DNA from: Trichoplax adhaerens
Taxonomy: Eukaryota; Animalia; Placozoa
DNA length: 64,000 nt
NCBI RefSeq assembly: GCF_000150275.1
Contig: NW_002060952.1
Location: forward strand, 580,482 to 644,481
Reading direction: 5' to 3'
Below are positions 59,201 to 64,000 of this stretch, piece after piece (positions within the stretch are counted from its first letter, which is position 1; each line of letters opens with the position of its first letter). The notes below the pieces were generated by a model that worked only from the letters and a program-made list of their open reading frames with translations, was not told the origin of the DNA and did no database searches. A program made the translations under genes and the position numbers.

Positions 59201-62200
59201 CGTTGTTTACAAGTACTAGATCTCGAGCAACGACTTCGTAAAAGGAAAGAGCTAACTGACGTTGAAAATTTAGAAAATGCTGATACTTCGCCTGAATATG
59301 GTGACCCTGGAGTGGGAGTTATTGCGTTAGCTGTAATTAATTCGCAGAACGTGGTAACTCTATTACGTGAAAGACACGATAATGCCGCAAAGTCTGTAAT
59401 ATCTTATACATCCGTGATCGAGTAAGTTTGAAGATAATAACGCTCGACCTTTTATGTTAAGTTAAAATTTTCGAACGATATTAAATAAAAAAATGGAGTA
59501 CGCGATTAATTAAATAGTTTACATGTCGTATTTCTTTGTAACTCATTCGTTTAATAATAATATTGCAACTAGGCATGTTATAAGAGATTCCGAAGTTATA
59601 TATGCAGCAACTACTGGAGCCATTGTAGTAATTGATGGCTGTACCCTATGCATTAGAAATGTTTTTGATTTAGCTGGTACTGTTATAACTCTAATGTTGC
59701 TTTGGATCAGTTGCTGTGTCTTGATTTTATGAAAATCCTGAAACGATGATACAAATCGAAAACTGTTTATGATACCTAGACCCTCAAGTTGAAGAATCAA
59801 GAGAAAAGATACCTCCTGATTTACGCCTTATTGGATCTTGTACTTTTTCAGCAATACCAAACGATAATCAGGTAATGCTACGACAGATTATAGCTAAGAA
59901 TATTGTAGAATTATCAGACAAAGTCTTACCTTAATTTATCGTAGATCCGATGTCTGTTATGTGGTTTGCTTCAAAATGTTGTTCACGTAATACAACTGGA
60001 AAGAAGCGAATCTCCTGATAGTGACGGAACAGTCAGCATAATATCAAAGTAAATGTTATCTCATCTGTTAAACTCATGTAACATAAAAATTCCTAAAAAG
60101 GAATTATGAAGGTAAAACTAATATCACACGATAAATAAAAAGTTCTCCTTTAGATAAAAATTCTCCACTTAAAGCTGAACTTACATTAAAGCCAAAACCA
60201 CCGAATAAGAAGAAACCGAATCCTACCCCCAGTAAGTGAAATAAAACTGTACACTACTTTGAAAACTGCTAGAACCATGTTACGATTGGATACAGTATGT
60301 TAACGGTTACATGTGTGTATTATCTTATACATTAGGTCGCAATACACGGAAAGGATTAGTTGATAAGCCGCTCACCTTTAAAGCTAAGATTAAATCCTCG
60401 GGATATGCGACATCTTCAGTGTAGGTTGACCATTACCGCGCAATTAATATCATCGATAGTGCTGTGGTCTTGTATATTAGTAATAAGACTGTATTAATGT
60501 ACATGATATTTTACTACAACAGTAAAATGGCGCTATTCAATTGTCCATTGATTTTATTATAGCAATAAAATGTTTCAGCCACGGACAGATATGCATAAGA
60601 AAACTATAGTAGCTAGGAACAAGGTGGAAGCAAATGGTCCCATAGTTAGGTAGTGACAGAAAATTATTACCTGATAAAATTCATTAGCACGTATTAGATG
60701 TAAATTTAATCAGCTTTTGGATCATATAGGGAGGATTATCCGATCGACTGTCCGGCAACTACGTCCTTAAAGCATAAACTATATTTATCTCAACCTGGAA
60801 CTGGTATCAACAGTTTAAAATTTTCCGGTTAGCAAGTAATACGCTTTAAAGTTGTTATGAAGTAATTTCTAGAGCGCTTTGTTTAGTTCATGCTTTTGTA
60901 GAATTAGACGGAAGTACAATTAAATATTGAAATACTAAGTAGCTAATCGAGGATTCATTTAAGATAGTATTAATTAAAGCATAGAGGATGCGATTATGTT
61001 CATAGGAGTAGTAATTGATATTATAATTTAATATAGCGTTATTTTAAGCAGTACATTATTCAATTAATAGCTGCAGCTATATAGAGATTCAGTAACTGCT
61101 GATGTTTTTAGATAATCAACTTTACGATAGCTGGTAAAAATGCTTCAATGAGGATGTTATGTCACTTCCACTACAGTTTTGTATATCCTTCTTTCAATTG
61201 TAATCATTCCTTTTGGAAAGGTGATGGCTCACAGTTAGCTTGTGTATCAGCTGATAAATCTATACAGCTTTTAAAAAGTAACCATCCAGACAAGTCAAAT
61301 ATTACCTTTACAGGTAGATAGTTATTTCTGTCATCGCAGATGCGGATTCTTTTTATTATATAGTGAATATGGCTAATTCCTTACATGACATTTTAATATT
61401 ACAATGCATAGGCCATGATCGTCCTATTGCTTCCGTAAATTGGAATCGAACAGGGCAGTTTTTGCTCTCGACTTCTATGGATAAAACAGCCAGAATTTGG
61501 TATAACGAGTTAAAAGAGCCTGTATTAATTATTTCCAAAGACTCACATAATTTTAAAGCGGAAGCTAGCAATCACGAAAATAAGGTAAATTCATATCATA
61601 TTGTATCTATATCATAAGTGTATATGAATGAAATTGGGATACATACAGAACGATATACCATGATTGTTATGTTAGCCGACGCGATCCACTGGATACCTAG
61701 ATGTTTCAACCGCTACAATACTGTTCATACTGCAGGGCCACAATATGAAATACTCTACGTTCTAAGCAATGCGAAATGCGATTGAAGAATGAAAGAATAG
61801 TTCGATATTTAACTTAACATGTTTTTGATTTATTAGCCATTCACCAAGGATATCGCCCATGCGGCATTTTACTATATGGATAAATTTTTTATGTTGGCGT
61901 CTGGTAACTCATTGTATTTATATAAATACCACTTGGATATAGATAAACTGGACGACGTTAAAAGGTTAGCCAGTTATTCAGTATAAGGATAGTGTGGATA
62001 CAAACAAACTTGAAGCAATATGTCACGTTGTTTGAAGCATTTGCTACTGCAACATTTAGATAATCTGTATAACCTATCTTTTTTGTAATTTTACCAAAGA
62101 TATCAAAATAATAATCGTTACAAATTGGTTACCAAACTACAAATTGATTCTTCCCAATCTATTACAACTTTCGATTGTGCGAACGAATTTTATTCCTGTA

Positions 62201-64000
62201 AGTTTAAATATATCCTAGTAAGAAATTGATATCACTGTATATATACACGCATGCATAATATTTATTTTTTAGTATTTGAATTCACTATAGATACTAAACT
62301 TGCTACAAATTATATATCATACGTTCAGCTATAAAGTATAAAGTACGATAAGTGTATAGTAATAATGAACGAAAAATATTATTAAAAACTATCAACTCTT
62401 TTAGTTCAACATGAAATAGATCTAGAGGAAACTCCAATTTATTATAATTCGTAACAGCAGATTTATCAAATTACTTAAAGGATTAACAAAGGGTAGAATT
62501 ACTCCCTTGATCAACCTTACTATCAACTTAATAAATTTGCTTACGATTTGAGGAAAATCCTAATCTTTATCTGTCACTTCACTATCTTGATCTCATTAAA
62601 CTACTGAATTACATCACCAACTTATATATGCTACGCAGAGTAGTTCATCGCAACAGACTACTAACATAAGACTCTAACGTATTCTAAATAAAACTGGCAA
62701 TTAAACACATGACAGGATCAATTTTTACCCTAGATTCCCGAATATTACTAAATTAATAATCGTAATTCAACTATAAACTGTTTCTTTTTACGGTATACAG
62801 AACATAACTATAAAAGTCTACTAAGACAGACCAACAATCTTAAATTAACACCCAGATTAAAACGTTCGACTTCACACTGTTTTCTATCATAATGTAACAT
62901 AACTTCTACTGTATTTTGCAATCAAATTTAGCCAATAGTTTTACCAGAATAGCAACATGCATTCTATACTAACTAAATATATTGCTTAACTTGCAGTCTT
63001 ACACTGCATAATTCTTAACAAAATTATATTGCCGAATGTTGTTAAATTCTAACCCGAATGAAGTAGTCCGGTTTACTAGATACTAAATACTGAATAAAAT
63101 CTGCTGTAATGAAACCAAATTAAGTTACTTTTAATGCTGCAATACCTATTTAAAATACAAGAACTTGAAGGAGAATTCTAAAAAAATTAACCTTCATCAC
63201 AGTATTAAATATAACTGTAGCATTACAACTGCAAATTAGAAAGATATTCAGTAATTTGCTTCCTTTTCTATTGGTAAGATGCATTTTTATTATTTACAGA
63301 TATTGTCGTTTGTGGTTCTTCAAGCAAAGGTCTAGAAATTTTTGATATGAATGTCTCTAAATGTATTCAAGTTATTCCTGAAGCCCACGCAAGATCTATG
63401 CATACAATTTCCATTAATAAGGTTGATAATGGATAAAATGTCGTACAATGCCGCGATGTTAGATTTGCATACGTTGTATCAATTATAAAGTTAGTTTTCT
63501 CTTTTTGGTACAACGGACTATATTACTATAGGGATCTACCTATGTAGCCCACCCTAGTCGCGCTTATAATCTTGTATTAACATCAGCTGTAACAGATGGA
63601 ATTAAGCTATGGGACCTAAGAACTTCTAAGTGAGTTAATTTCTAATACTTTACGTTATTAAGCAGAGATAGTAACAATTGTCGTATTTTAGGAGGTTTAT
63701 ACTTAAGCATAGAATTCATACTCGTATTAACATTCAAACTAAAAATCTTACTTTGCCTAATCGACACTGTTAATTTATACGGTAGATGTGTCAGACGTTA
63801 CGATGGTCATGTTAATCGGTCACATCCAGTAGGAGTTTGTATGAGTCCTTGCATGAGGTATATTGCCACGGGTTCAGAAGATAAGACGGTATGTTATGCT
63901 CATATTTGAACGGTCATAATATCAATAATTTTTAGCTTTACTTACGGCAATCTCAACGAGTAGTATATCTAACTATATCATAAATCATTCTACAATACTA
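56252..64000 (+). CDS. WDR27: WD40 repeat protein 27, multi-exon, 3' end beyond the window
   Basis: WD repeats plus WDR27-like segments DKPLTFKAKIKSSGY, FYYMDKFFMLASGN, DDVKRY, NEFYSYIV, AYNLVLTSAVTDGIKLWDLRT, SPCMRYIATGSEDK. Confidence 0.85.

Noticed and set aside
62200-63298. G-poor long WDR27 intron as a possible NUMT or transposon relic
   Set aside because: No ORF, terminal repeats or recognisable organellar sequence; only mild strand skew.

Overview
AT-rich, intron-dense eukaryotic DNA with mostly ~60-150 nt GT-AG introns and compact intergenic spacers. Gene content and style suggest an early-branching animal, probably a placozoan (Trichoplax-like); this taxon call is inference. Genes in order: an uncharacterised + strand gene with an RFX X-box upstream; a poorly resolved + strand locus; then four head-to-head pairs: NOC4L(-)/domino-EP400-SRCAP(+), YMR196W-like GH63 glycosidase(-)/AMDHD1(+), MCFD2a(-)/MCFD2b(+) and RIOX1-NO66(-)/WDR27(+, runs off the window). 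Main non-coding observations: (1) the longest domino intron lies at the SRCAP-versus-p400 C-terminal divergence point and holds an in-frame read-through stop plus a single AATAAA abutting a GC-rich stem-loop with a long-range pseudoknot partner, a candidate RNA-structure-controlled isoform switch; (2) at least two box H/ACA snoRNAs lie in domino introns, one with a clear LSU rRNA peptidyl-transferase-region target; (3) mixed (TACAG/TACTG)n arrays mark every divergent promoter and match iterated Tc1/mariner excision footprints, with a TA-flanked CAG-ended MITE inside one array; (4) a perfect ERSE/UPRE/CRE cluster sits between the two MCFD2 paralogues. All exon structures and RNA pairings were assembled by eye and no database searches were run.
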